Shown here piece by piece: positions 1 to 8,101 of a stretch of DNA of 64,000 nt. The position numbers and the translations under genes were made by a program. How positions within the stretch are numbered: position 1 is the first letter of the stretch; the number at the start of each line of letters is the position of its first letter. Location: the IMG/VR virus record IMGVR_UViG_3300042691_053984, positions 32,001-96,000 of that record; one strand, given 5' to 3'. Origin of the DNA: a virus. The notes under the pieces are model-generated. The model was not told the origin of the DNA. It saw nothing but the letters and a program-made list of their open reading frames with translations, and did no database searches.

Positions 1-3000
1 GTTGTGTCCACCGCCCCGAGGTAGGTCCGCGACGACCCGCTGAGGGTGGTGAAGGTACCACCTACGTACAAGCTCGACCCAGACACTGCGAGGTCGTTGA
101 CTTGGCTTCCTACGCTTGTGTCTGCGGCAAAGGGCAGCAGGTTGCCAGTCGTTGTGTCCACCGCTCCGAGGCGGAGACGGGACGAGCCGCTGAGGGTGGT
201 GAATGAACCACCTACGAACAGGCTCGATCCCGACACTGCGAGGGCGAGGACGGTGCCACCTGCGTCTGCGGCAAATGGCAACAGGTTGCCAGTCGTTGTG
301 TCCACCGCGCCGAGGCGGTCTCGGGTTGACCCGCTGAGGGTGGTGAAGACTCCTCCGACGTACAGGCTCGACCCCGACACTGCGAGGGCGAGGACGGTGT
401 TGTTGGTGTCCACTTTGAACGTCGCATCCAGCTTTCCGTCAGATCGGATCTTTGCGAGCCTGAGTCTTTGCTCACCCAAGACACCGGTGAAAGATCCACC
501 GATGATGGTGCTGCCGTCAGGCAAAGTGACAGAATCATTAACGTCTCCTCCGCTTGCGGCGATTCCACCCAAGTATCCGGTTCTCTCCGGAGAGATCGCC
601 GTGTTAAAGAATGCACCTCGATCTGCGGCCTTAAACGGAGAGCCGAATGTGCCGGCCATGTAAAGATCTGAACCCGTGACGACGATGTTGTTGACGTTCA
701 GCGTCGCCAGGCTCGTGGATCCCACCCTGAGTCCCGACCGATTTATCTCTCCCGTTCCCGCGTTGACCGTTATGAGCCCGTTGAACTGTGTGGGTTCCAG
801 CGCGTTCGAGGCTCCCGTAAACTGCCCGCCGATGAACACCTTGCTTCCCAAGGAGGAGATTGTACTAACATCGGTTCCCCTAATTGATGGGTTGATGGTA
901 CGAGCCCCCAACGCCGTTGATGTTGCTCCGAAGAACGTGCGCGGGATAGTCGACGTAATCCTCGTGAACGAACCTCCCCAGTACAAGGTCGACCCAGACA
1001 GGGCCAAGGCAAGGACGGAACCATTAGCTCCAATATTACCCACGGGGGTGCCTGTCGTGGTGTTCACAGCACCACCGTAGAGTGCGCTTGAACCAGAGAG
1101 GGTGGTGAATGTACCTCCTACGAACAGGGTCGATCCAGATACCACCAGGGCCCTGACGCTGGTCGATGTGGTCATGTTTGCGGCAAAGGGCAGCAGGTTG
1201 CCAGTCGTTGTGTTCACCGCCCCGAGGCCGACCCGCGACGAGCCGCTGAGGGTGGTGAAGACTCCACCTACGTACAGGGCCGAGCCGGAAACGGCCAGGA
1301 CCCAGGGGACGGCGTTGGCGTCTGCGGCGAACGGCGTCGGTGCCCCTGTCGTCGTGTTCACAGCACCGAGGCTGTTCCGCGACGACCCGCTGAGGGTGGT
1401 GAAGGTACCACCTACGTACAAGCTTGATCCAGACACCTCTAGCGAGTAAACTGTGGACGGTGCGTTTGTGTTTGCGGCAAACGGCCTCAGGTTGCCAGTC
1501 GTTGTGTCCACCGCTCCGAGGCTGACTCGGGACGAGCCGCTGATGGTGGAGAAAAATCCTCCGATGAACAACGACGATCCGGACACCTTCAGGGCTTGGA
1601 CTGTGTTTCCTACGTTGGGATTAAACGCAAGGTCCAGCGTGCCATCAGATTTTATCTTTGCCACGTTGTTTCTTGCTACGCCGAGGACGCTGGAGAACGC
1701 TCCTCCGATGAACACGCTTCCTTCAGGTAAACCGGCAGACGCGTTGATGACGCCGAGAGCGCTGCCCGATGTCACGTCCACGTAGTTGGTGATCGCGCCC
1801 GGTAGCGTGGGATCCCCGTCAATCAACAATCCTGAGGCTGCGTTCTCCACGTAGTGTTGAAACATTCCGCCGATATAGAGATCCGAACCTGTGACGGCGA
1901 GGGTGCTGACGGACCCAGATAGACCAAACCTCGCATCAAATGATCCGTCGATGGCACCCGTAGTCGAATCAACAACGCCGAAGCGGTTCCTGTTTTGGTT
2001 GGAAATTCTGGTGAACTCTCCGCCTACATACAACCTAGAACCTGAAACCGCCAGAGCCCTGACTGCGCCGTTCGCGTCTGCGGCAAACGCCGTGGGCGCC
2101 CCCGTTGTGGTGTTCACAGCACCGGTGTAGGATTTTGTCGAACCGCTGAGGGTCGTGAAGTTACCCCCGACGTACAGGCTTGACCCCGACACTGCCAGGG
2201 CGAAGACGGCGCTATTTGTGGACGCAGCAAATGGCCTCAGGTTGCCAGTCGTTGTGTCCACCGCGGCGAGGCACAACCGGGTTGACCCGCTGAGGGTGTT
2301 GAAGATTCCACCCGCGTACAAAGCAGACCCAGACACTACGAGGGCGTAGACGCTACCGTTTGCGTTCGGGTTCCACGAAGAATTGAGCGTACCGTCCGCG
2401 TTGATCTTGGCCAGCCTGTTCCTTGTCTGTCCGAGGATGGTCGTGAAGTCTCCACCGACAATCACGCTGTTGTCAGGAAGAACGACAGAGGCAGAGACAG
2501 CCGCGTTGGTCGCGAGACTCTTGATGTTGAGGAACCCAGAATCTGACTTTCTCGCAGACATTCCACCCTGGACAACCCTGGTTTTTTGCCTGAAAGCCCC
2601 TCCCAAGAACACATCCGATCCCCAGATAGAAATGGAGTTCACTCCGCCGTCGACGGCGCTCGATGAAATAAATGTCCCTGTCGTCGTATCCACCACGGCA
2701 AAATTGTTTTGAAGCGTTCCGGTGATAGAGGTGAAAACTCCACCCACGTACAGTCTTGACCCCGACACCGCCAGGGCGTTGACGTTGCCGTTCGCGTCTG
2801 CGGCAAACGACGTCGGTGTTCCGGTGGTGGTGTTCACAGCACCGAGGTCGGAGCGTACAGAGCCGCTGAGAGCGGTGAAGTCTCCTCCTACGTACAAGGC
2901 GGATCCAGAGACCGCCAGAGCTCTGACAGCTGTTCCGCCTGTCGCACCAGCGGCAAAAGACCTCAAGTTGCCCGTCGTGGTGTCCACCGCGCCGAGGCGG

Positions 3001-5027
3001 TCTCGGGCTGAGCCGCTGAGGGTGGTGAAGTCTCCGCCTACGAATAGGCTCGACCCCGACACCGCCAGGGCGTAGACGAGGGAACCGGATGATACATCTG
3101 CGGAGAAATTCTGAAAAACCAGGCTCTTGTCTAGAACACCGGAACCGTATGTTTTTCTATAGTTGGCGTTGAGCGCTGCGAGCTTTTGTTTCCTTGAGAG
3201 GTATATGTGTTCTCCCGGTGACAGCCACAGCTCATTATTTCTCATGAAAAGATGGGAGATGCTGCCGCGGGTTCCCAGAATTTCCTGAGATTTTATGTTT
3301 CCCGTCGTGGTGTCCACGGCTCCAAAGCAGGCCTGCAACGACCCGCTGAGGGCGCCGAAAGTTCCGCCCACGTACAAGGTCGACCCCGACACCGCCAGGG
3401 CGTTGACTGTGTTGTTTGTGTCTGCGGCAAATGGAAGCAGGTTACCAGTCGTGGTGTCCACCGCGGCGAGGCGGTTTCGGGCTGAGCCACTGAGGGTGGT
3501 GAATGTACCACCTACGAACAGGCTCGACCCAGACAACGTCAGGAAGTTGACTGTGTTGTTTGTGTCTGCGGCAAATGGAAGCAGGTTACCAGTCGTGGTG
3601 TCCACCGCGGCGAGATCGAGGCGTTGTACGCCTTGTACGACTGAGAAAGCCCCTCCGACGAATAGCGTCGATCCTGACAACACCAGCTCGTTGACGTTGC
3701 CGTTCACGTATGGAACGAAGGCCTTCACGTTGCCCGTCGTGGTGTCCACCGCCCCGAGGAAGTCTCGGAATGATCCGCTGAGGGTGGAGAATGTACCTCC
3801 GACGAACAGGGTCGATCCAGATACCACCAGGGCGCTGACGGTGCTGTTGGCGGTTGCCTCAAACCTTGTGGCCTGACCTGTCGTGATGTCCACCGCCCCA
3901 AGACGGGTTCGAATTGAGCCACCCAAGGCGCTGAACTGTCCGCCCACGTACAAGGTCGACCCAGACACTGCGAGGGAGTTGACGGTGCTGCTCGGTTCCG
4001 GATTAAATATAGGATCCAGGGTATCATCGGCCCTTATCTTTACGAGGTTTCTCCTTACCTCCCCCAAGATATTTGTGAAGGAGCCTCCGACAATGGTGCT
4101 GCCGTCCGGCAGGTCGATTGACGTGAAAACTGTGCCGAAGGCGCCGAGAGGATATCTCTTTATTTGACCGTTTACCGTGTTGAGGGAGAACAACCTCTCG
4201 CCGTTCGTGCCGACGTAATCAAAGTCTCCGCCCGCAAACAACGTAGATCCGGACAACTTCAGCGCCCTTACAGTCGAGTTCGTCGTCACGTCCCAAGACG
4301 ATAGTTGTCCGTCGCTGCCTATGTGCGCAAGGTTGTTTCTGCGGTCTTCATTGCACCTCGTGAACGTACCTCCGACAAATGCGCCGCCCGTTCCGTCAGG
4401 CTCTATGGCCAGGACAGTTCCGTTGATTCCGACGAGGGCGTCCCTTGCTTGAGTTGAGATAGAGGCAAAATCAAAAGATCCCCTCCTCCCCTCGAGGGGT
4501 CTCGATCCCGTGAGGGCGACCCCAAACCCTTTGACATTTTCGTCGATATTGACGGAACCGTCTGACCCGGACGTCAACCGGATATTTCCGCCGGCCTTCA
4601 GGTAATCGCTGCCGTCGACGAGCCTCGCCAGAGAGCCTGAGATTGTGTCAACGACGAGTGCATTCGTGGTCTTGTTGAACGTGAACGTGGACGATCCGTT
4701 GACCGCAGTCCCACCGTCATTGAAAAACACACTCCCGTCGACGCCGGGCGGCGTCGACGGGGCTGCGGTGGATGAGATGGTGATCGATCCGTTTGAGGCA
4801 GAGGCGATCTGAACGTTCTCCCCTGCGATCAAGTATGATGATCCGTCTGAAAGCCGCGTCAAAGATCCTGACAGGCCTTCAGGTATGCTGATCGCGTGCA
4901 ACCCTTGGTTCAGTACCGTGTAGGGTGACTGTGTGACAGGTTCCGCTGTGTCTCTTTCTACCTGAGATTGAGATTCTACCGTTGATCTTTCTTGCTCTAT
5001 GACACTTAGGTTGTCTTCTCTTGACAT
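1..5027 (-). CDS. Giant beta-propeller repeat protein, probable tail fibre/adhesin (>=1675 aa, 3' end off the window)
   Basis: Translated by hand from ATG at 5027 (AGGAGG upstream); frame is consistent at position 3 and through 3180-3300, and I saw no stop. ~48-aa repeats of type V.ALAVSGS.L(F/Y)VGG.FTTLSGS.R..LGAVDTTTG.L.PFAAD. Absent from the ORF track because it is open-ended. Confidence 0.85.
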   Translation of the reverse strand, partial: MSREDNLSVIEQERSTVESQSQVERDTAEPVTQSPYTVLNQGLHAISIPEGLSGSLTRLSDGSSYLIAGENVQIASASNGSITISSTAAPSTPPGVDGSVFFNDGGTAVNGSSTFTFNKTTNALVVDTISGSLARLVDGSDYLKAGGNIRLTSGSDGSVNIDENVKGFGVALTGSRPLEGRRGSFDFASISTQARDALVGINGTVLAIEPDGTGGAFVGGTFTRCNEDRRNNLAHIGSDGQLSSWDVTTNSTVRALKLSGSTLFAGGDFDYVGTNGERLFSLNTVNGQIKRYPLGAFGTVFTSIDLPDGSTIVGGSFTNILGEVRRNLVKIRADDTLDPIFNPEPSSTVNSLAVSGSTLYVGGQFSALGGSIRTRLGAVDITTGQATRFEATANSTVSALVVSGSTLFVGGTFSTLSGSFRDFLGAVDTTTGNVKAFVPYVNGNVNELVLSGSTLFVGGAFSVVQGVQRLDLAAVDTTTGNLLPFAADTNNTVNFLTLSGSSLFVGGTFTTLSGSARNRLAAVDTTTGNLLPFAADTNNTVNALAVSGSTLYVGGTFGALSGSLQACFGAVDTTTGNIKSQEILGTRGSISHLFMRNNELWLSPGEHIYLSRKQKLAALNANYRKTYGSGVLDKSLVFQNFSADVSSGSLVYALAVSGSSLFVGGDFTTLSGSARDRLGAVDTTTGNLRSFAAGATGGTAVRALAVSGSALYVGGDFTALSGSVRSDLGAVNTTTGTPTSFAADANGNVNALAVSGSRLYVGGVFTSITGTLQNNFAVVDTTTGTFISSSAVDGGVNSISIWGSDVFLGGAFRQKTRVVQGGMSARKSDSGFLNIKSLATNAAVSASVVLPDNSVIVGGDFTTILGQTRNRLAKINADGTLNSSWNPNANGSVYALVVSGSALYAGGIFNTLSGSTRLCLAAVDTTTGNLRPFAASTNSAVFALAVSGSSLYVGGNFTTLSGSTKSYTGAVNTTTGAPTAFAADANGAVRALAVSGSRLYVGGEFTRISNQNRNRFGVVDSTTGAIDGSFDARFGLSGSVSTLAVTGSDLYIGGMFQHYVENAASGLLIDGDPTLPGAITNYVDVTSGSALGVINASAGLPEGSVFIGGAFSSVLGVARNNVAKIKSDGTLDLAFNPNVGNTVQALKVSGSSLFIGGFFSTISGSSRVSLGAVDTTTGNLRPFAANTNAPSTVYSLEVSGSSLYVGGTFTTLSGSSRNSLGAVNTTTGAPTPFAADANAVPWVLAVSGSALYVGGVFTTLSGSSRVGLGAVNTTTGNLLPFAANMTTSTSVRALVVSGSTLFVGGTFTTLSGSSALYGGAVNTTTGTPVGNIGANGSVLALALSGSTLYWGGSFTRITSTIPRTFFGATSTALGARTINPSIRGTDVSTISSLGSKVFIGGQFTGASNALEPTQFNGLITVNAGTGEINRSGLRVGSTSLATLNVNNIVVTGSDLYMAGTFGSPFKAADRGAFFNTAISPERTGYLGGIAASGGDVNDSVTLPDGSTIIGGSFTGVLGEQRLRLAKIRSDGKLDATFKVDTNNTVLALAVSGSSLYVGGVFTTLSGSTRDRLGAVDTTTGNLLPFAADAGGTVLALAVSGSSLFVGGSFTTLSGSSRLRLGAVDTTTGNLLPFAADTSVGSQVNDLAVSGSSLYVGGTFTTLSGSSRTYLGAVDT
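26..4170. repeat. Intragenic degenerate tandem repeats (~144-nt unit) encoding propeller blades
   Basis: Recurring GTTGTGTCCACCGC / CCGCTGAGGGTGGTGAA motifs. Exact 69-nt repeat at 3402-3470 and 3546-3614; exact 49-nt repeat at 26-74 and 1376-1424. Confidence 0.9.
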
Positions 5028-5050
5028 TTTTTATCCTCCTCGGTTTGGTA

Positions 5051-6004
5051 TTAAACGACTGGAATCGTTGCGATGAATGAGACGCGTAGGTTTTGTGTCT
5101 GCCCGATGTAAAAATTACCGGACCCCCACGCTAGAGGTTGAGAAACCGAGGAGAGATCTTGTCCCACGAGCACAAGCGTCGTTGCCGTGTCTGGCACCAC
5201 TGACCATCCTCCACCTGAGCCTGCTACGTCAGCCAGCAAGGCCGACATTCCAACGTGTGTACCGTCTACGTACTTTGGCGGCGTTCCCGCGGTCAAAGAC
5301 GTGGAGAAACCGGGAGGTAAGGAGATCTTGTATGTGCCGCTTCCCGCGGAAGAACCCGCAGACGCCTCGTACGAAAGACTGAACATCAGGGTCATCATTT
5401 TACCCTGCACCGCATACTTACCGTAAATGTTGTGCACGGTGGGTAAGGTCGGGGAGGTTGTCGTGGCAGTGACGGCGGGAGTGTATGAGAACCACGATGT
5501 CTCATTTGTCGCCGTGGACGTGATCGTGACCGAACCATTCGCACCAGTCACCAACAGGACGCCCGTTCCGCCTCTCAGGAAGGCAGTACCGTTTGCAAGA
5601 TTTGTCAAAGAGCCCGACAGATTTGTGACGCGGAGGGTGTTCGTGGCGCTGTTAAAGGTAAAATTTGAAGATCCACCAAAAGTGCCGCCATCGTTGAATT
5701 GAACCTCGGTGTCTGCACCCCCTGGCACTGGAACACCTGCCGTCGAAGAAATGGTGATCGACCCATTTGATCCTGTGCTCAGTACGACGTTAGTACCTGC
5801 GACGAGGTAGTCTTCGCCGGTCGCCAACCTTGTCAACGAGCCGCTGAGACCCAACGGGAAACTGGATGGGCCATCCGACGGTAGAACGATGACTCCTGGG
5901 TTTGGTGCGGCGAGGACTGGGTCTGGACCCCTCTCTGCCGAAGCCTGTTGTTCAGCAACGACTCTGTCTGTTTCGATCTGATCTAAACTGGATTCTCTTG
6001 ACAT
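5051..6004 (-). CDS. Short tail-fibre-like protein; N-terminus paralogous to the giant propeller protein
   Basis: GLSGSLTRL..G.DYL.AG.NV...TGSNGSITISST and QFNDGG motifs; C-terminal W.SYTP..T...G.Y..QGK fibre-like domain. Confidence 0.7.
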   Translation of the reverse strand: MSRESSLDQIETDRVVAEQQASAERGPDPVLAAPNPGVIVLPSDGPSSFPLGLSGSLTRLATGEDYLVAGTNVVLSTGSNGSITISSTAGVPVPGGADTEVQFNDGGTFGGSSNFTFNSATNTLRVTNLSGSLTNLANGTAFLRGGTGVLLVTGANGSVTITSTATNETSWFSYTPAVTATTTSPTLPTVHNIYGKYAVQGKMMTLMFSLSYEASAGSSAGSGTYKISLPPGFSTSLTAGTPPKYVDGTHVGMSALLADVAGSGGGWSVVPDTATTLVLVGQDLSSVSQPLAWGSGNFYIGQTQNLRVSFIATIPVV

Positions 6005-6034
6005 GACTTTGATCTCCTCGGTGATTTAATGGTT

Positions 6035-6460
6035 TTACTTTACGATCTTAGAAACCGGTCTCTTGCTCCACATCCTACATGACCAGTAGGCTGCCTTTGT
6101 CCTGTCAGAGGCACGACCTGTACCGCACCCGTGACGCGCTCTGAAACTCTTTCGCGCCTTCGGGTTGTCACGACGTATCTCCATGTTGGGGTCACCGAAG
6201 TTGACCTTCTTCACGTTCCCAGTCTTGGGATCTTTGACGAAGACCTTGAACTTCTTCACGTCGCCTCGCATGGGTTTGCCCAGCTGCACTTTGCGTCCCC
6301 TATATTCGGCTTCGTTTAACGTGTTCGATTCCTCATCGATCGATTCATTGATGATTGCCGCAAAATTCAACTCGTAGTCCTCAAACACACCAGTCATCTC
6401 TAACATGATGGCTTCGTCTATTATCGTGTTGAATATGTCCTGAGAAATCTTTAACTTCAT
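6035..6460 (-). CDS. Conserved hypothetical protein typical of T4-like/large phages
   Basis: EAEYRGRKVQLGKPMRGDVKKFKVFVKDPKTGNVKKVNFG...SFRARHGC...AAYWSCRMW motif recognised; start moved to ATG 6460. Confidence 0.7.
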   Translation of the reverse strand: MKLKISQDIFNTIIDEAIMLEMTGVFEDYELNFAAIINESIDEESNTLNEAEYRGRKVQLGKPMRGDVKKFKVFVKDPKTGNVKKVNFGDPNMEIRRDNPKARKSFRARHGCGTGRASDRTKAAYWSCRMWSKRPVSKIVK

Positions 6461-6509
6461 GTTACACCCCTTCACATTGGACCATAATTATGGCAGGGTG
6501 GTGATTGTC

Positions 6510-6941
6510 ATGGATAAAATAGACAGGTTCGTAGGTGAACACTCATTTTTGAACAATTTCCACAAGTCAACCTTGTATTTCAGGGGTAAAAAGTATCCGA
6601 CCGTGGAGCACGCATATCAGTCACATAAATCCTCAGAACCCGAGGTTCAAGAGATCATCAGGTGTGCAAGTGATCCGATGGAGGCAAAAAAATTGGGAAG
6701 GTCGATCACGTTGCCTCAAGATTGGGATACGATGAAGGTTTCCCTAATGAAGGAACTGCTCACTGCAAAGTTTGAAAATCCGCTGCTTCGTGAGCTCTTG
6801 AAGTCCACCGGAGACCGCGAGTTGGTCCATGACAATAGATTCAATGACAGATTTTGGGGAGTGTGTCGTGGGTCAGGAGAGAACTGGCTGGGACGGCTTC
6901 TTGAAGAAGTGAGGGCTGCCGCCCTCGAAGACGAGGGGTGA
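6510..6941 (+). CDS. NADAR (YbiA-like) family N-glycosidase / ADP-ribose hydrolase
   Basis: FLNNF, YPTVEHAYQSHK, AKKLGR, KF.NP.L...L..TG..ELV, DRFWG, GENWLGRLL motifs. Confidence 0.9.
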   Translation: MDKIDRFVGEHSFLNNFHKSTLYFRGKKYPTVEHAYQSHKSSEPEVQEIIRCASDPMEAKKLGRSITLPQDWDTMKVSLMKELLTAKFENPLLRELLKSTGDRELVHDNRFNDRFWGVCRGSGENWLGRLLEEVRAAALEDEG

Positions 6942-6944
6942 ATC

Positions 6945-7331
6945 ATGCAGAACACGAAGATGGTTGTGGTTGTGAGGAAGGACCTGAGCATGAGGAAGGG
7001 AAAGTTTGCGTCGCAGGTCGCGAACGCGGCGCTGCAGTTTCTTCTCGGAAACAACGAGTCTGAACGTGCCGATGAGATGCACGTGAAACTCTCACATGAA
7101 GAGGTCACCTGGTTGAGAGGTGGTATGTCACGCATCATCGCGACCGTCGATTCGGGTGATGCCTTGCAGGACCTGTTGCTGAAGGCTGAGGTAAATGGGA
7201 TACCTGCATTTCCTGTGTTCGACAACAGGGTCACCCTTGACGGTGACCGGACGTTGACGTGTGTTGCCTTCGGTCCGTGCGAAGGACAGGAACTATCGAT
7301 CCTAACGGGAAGACTCAAGATCATCCAGTGA
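6945..7331 (+). CDS. Peptidyl-tRNA hydrolase type 2 (Pth2)-like protein
   Basis: KMVVVVRKDLSMRKGKFASQ N-terminus, D-x-x-x-T (DNRVT), TCVAFGP, and LTGRLKII C-terminus. Confidence 0.85.
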   Translation: MQNTKMVVVVRKDLSMRKGKFASQVANAALQFLLGNNESERADEMHVKLSHEEVTWLRGGMSRIIATVDSGDALQDLLLKAEVNGIPAFPVFDNRVTLDGDRTLTCVAFGPCEGQELSILTGRLKIIQ

Positions 7332-7364
7332 ACACCGAAGCGTCACAGAATATGATGGTATGAT

Positions 7365-7685
7365 ATGTCAGACGATTTAAGAAATACCCTAAAATCAGTG
7401 ATCGACACCATACAGAGACAGCAACTCATCCTTCAGGCCATGTCTTCAGCCGTGAATAGCACGGTTTTTTTGTGCATGGATTCGAAGGAACGCTGTGGCA
7501 CTCAAGACTGTGAAAAGGTGGCGATTTGGACGGGTAAGTCAGGTGTCGCCTGTGATAGGCACCTTGCAGAAAACGTGTCGACCGGATCGACAACGTTGGA
7601 TGACTGGCAACAAGTTCCCAACTCTGAACACGTCAGGAACTTGGAGACTTTTTTGGACCTCTGGCGAGGTGTTGACATCAATTAA
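7365..7685 (+). CDS. Hypothetical protein with Cys/His cluster (possible Zn finger)
   Basis: ORF track; CGTQDC...ACDRH. Confidence 0.55.
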   Translation: MSDDLRNTLKSVIDTIQRQQLILQAMSSAVNSTVFLCMDSKERCGTQDCEKVAIWTGKSGVACDRHLAENVSTGSTTLDDWQQVPNSEHVRNLETFLDLWRGVDIN

Positions 7686-7912
7686 ATGTTTGTGAGCATC
7701 GCCTGAATGGCTGTCTCAACCTTTCTCCTGAGTTCTTCGGGAAGAGCCGACAGAAGAACATAGTGTTCAGGCTTGATGGGAGATATCTGGGGACCTTCTA
7801 CGGTATACTGATCGAGTCCTTGAACACCGACTTTCAAGACCAAAGGAGGCTTTCCCTTTCGTGATGAAAGGATTGGAGAATATAGGTCTACGTTTTGAAA
7901 TTTGTTGTTCAT
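7682..7912 (-). CDS. Hypothetical protein
   Basis: ORF track; packs into the minus-strand operon. Confidence 0.55.
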   Translation of the reverse strand: MNNKFQNVDLYSPILSSRKGKPPLVLKVGVQGLDQYTVEGPQISPIKPEHYVLLSALPEELRRKVETAIQAMLTNI

Positions 7913-7913
7913 A

Positions 7914-8093
7914 TCAACCCTTTAGAATCTGTCTGCTTTCATTTAACGCGGCTGACGCAGAAGCCAACCTCTTACTCAGTTCGTTTGCCTGATGCTCGAG
8001 TTCTGATACGTCAGACCCCTCTCTTCTTTTTACTGCGATCTTTTCTCTCAACATGGTTATCTGTTCTGTTAACATCTCTGTGGTTGCTGGCAT
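7914..8093 (-). CDS. Small coiled-coil hypothetical protein
   Basis: ORF track; likely start MPATTEML at 8093. Confidence 0.55.
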   Translation of the reverse strand: MPATTEMLTEQITMLREKIAVKRREGSDVSELEHQANELSKRLASASAALNESRQILKG

Positions 8094-8101
8094 TTTATAC
8101 C

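Noticed and set aside
3402-3614. Possible DGR template/variable repeat pair
   Set aside because: Copies are identical rather than adenine-specifically divergent, and no reverse transcriptase is in the window.
46-4167. Many plus-strand ORFs (46-663, 676-1080, 3295-3876 etc.) and short minus-strand ORFs in the track
   Set aside because: Antisense or off-frame shadows of the single GC-rich repeat gene.
26-4170. Regularly spaced repeats resembling a CRISPR array
   Set aside because: Repeats are in-frame coding units varying at synonymous positions, the 'spacers' are homologous to each other, and there are no cas genes.
6716-7324. 202-aa minus-strand ORF
   Set aside because: Antisense to the well-supported NADAR and Pth2 genes; no motif.
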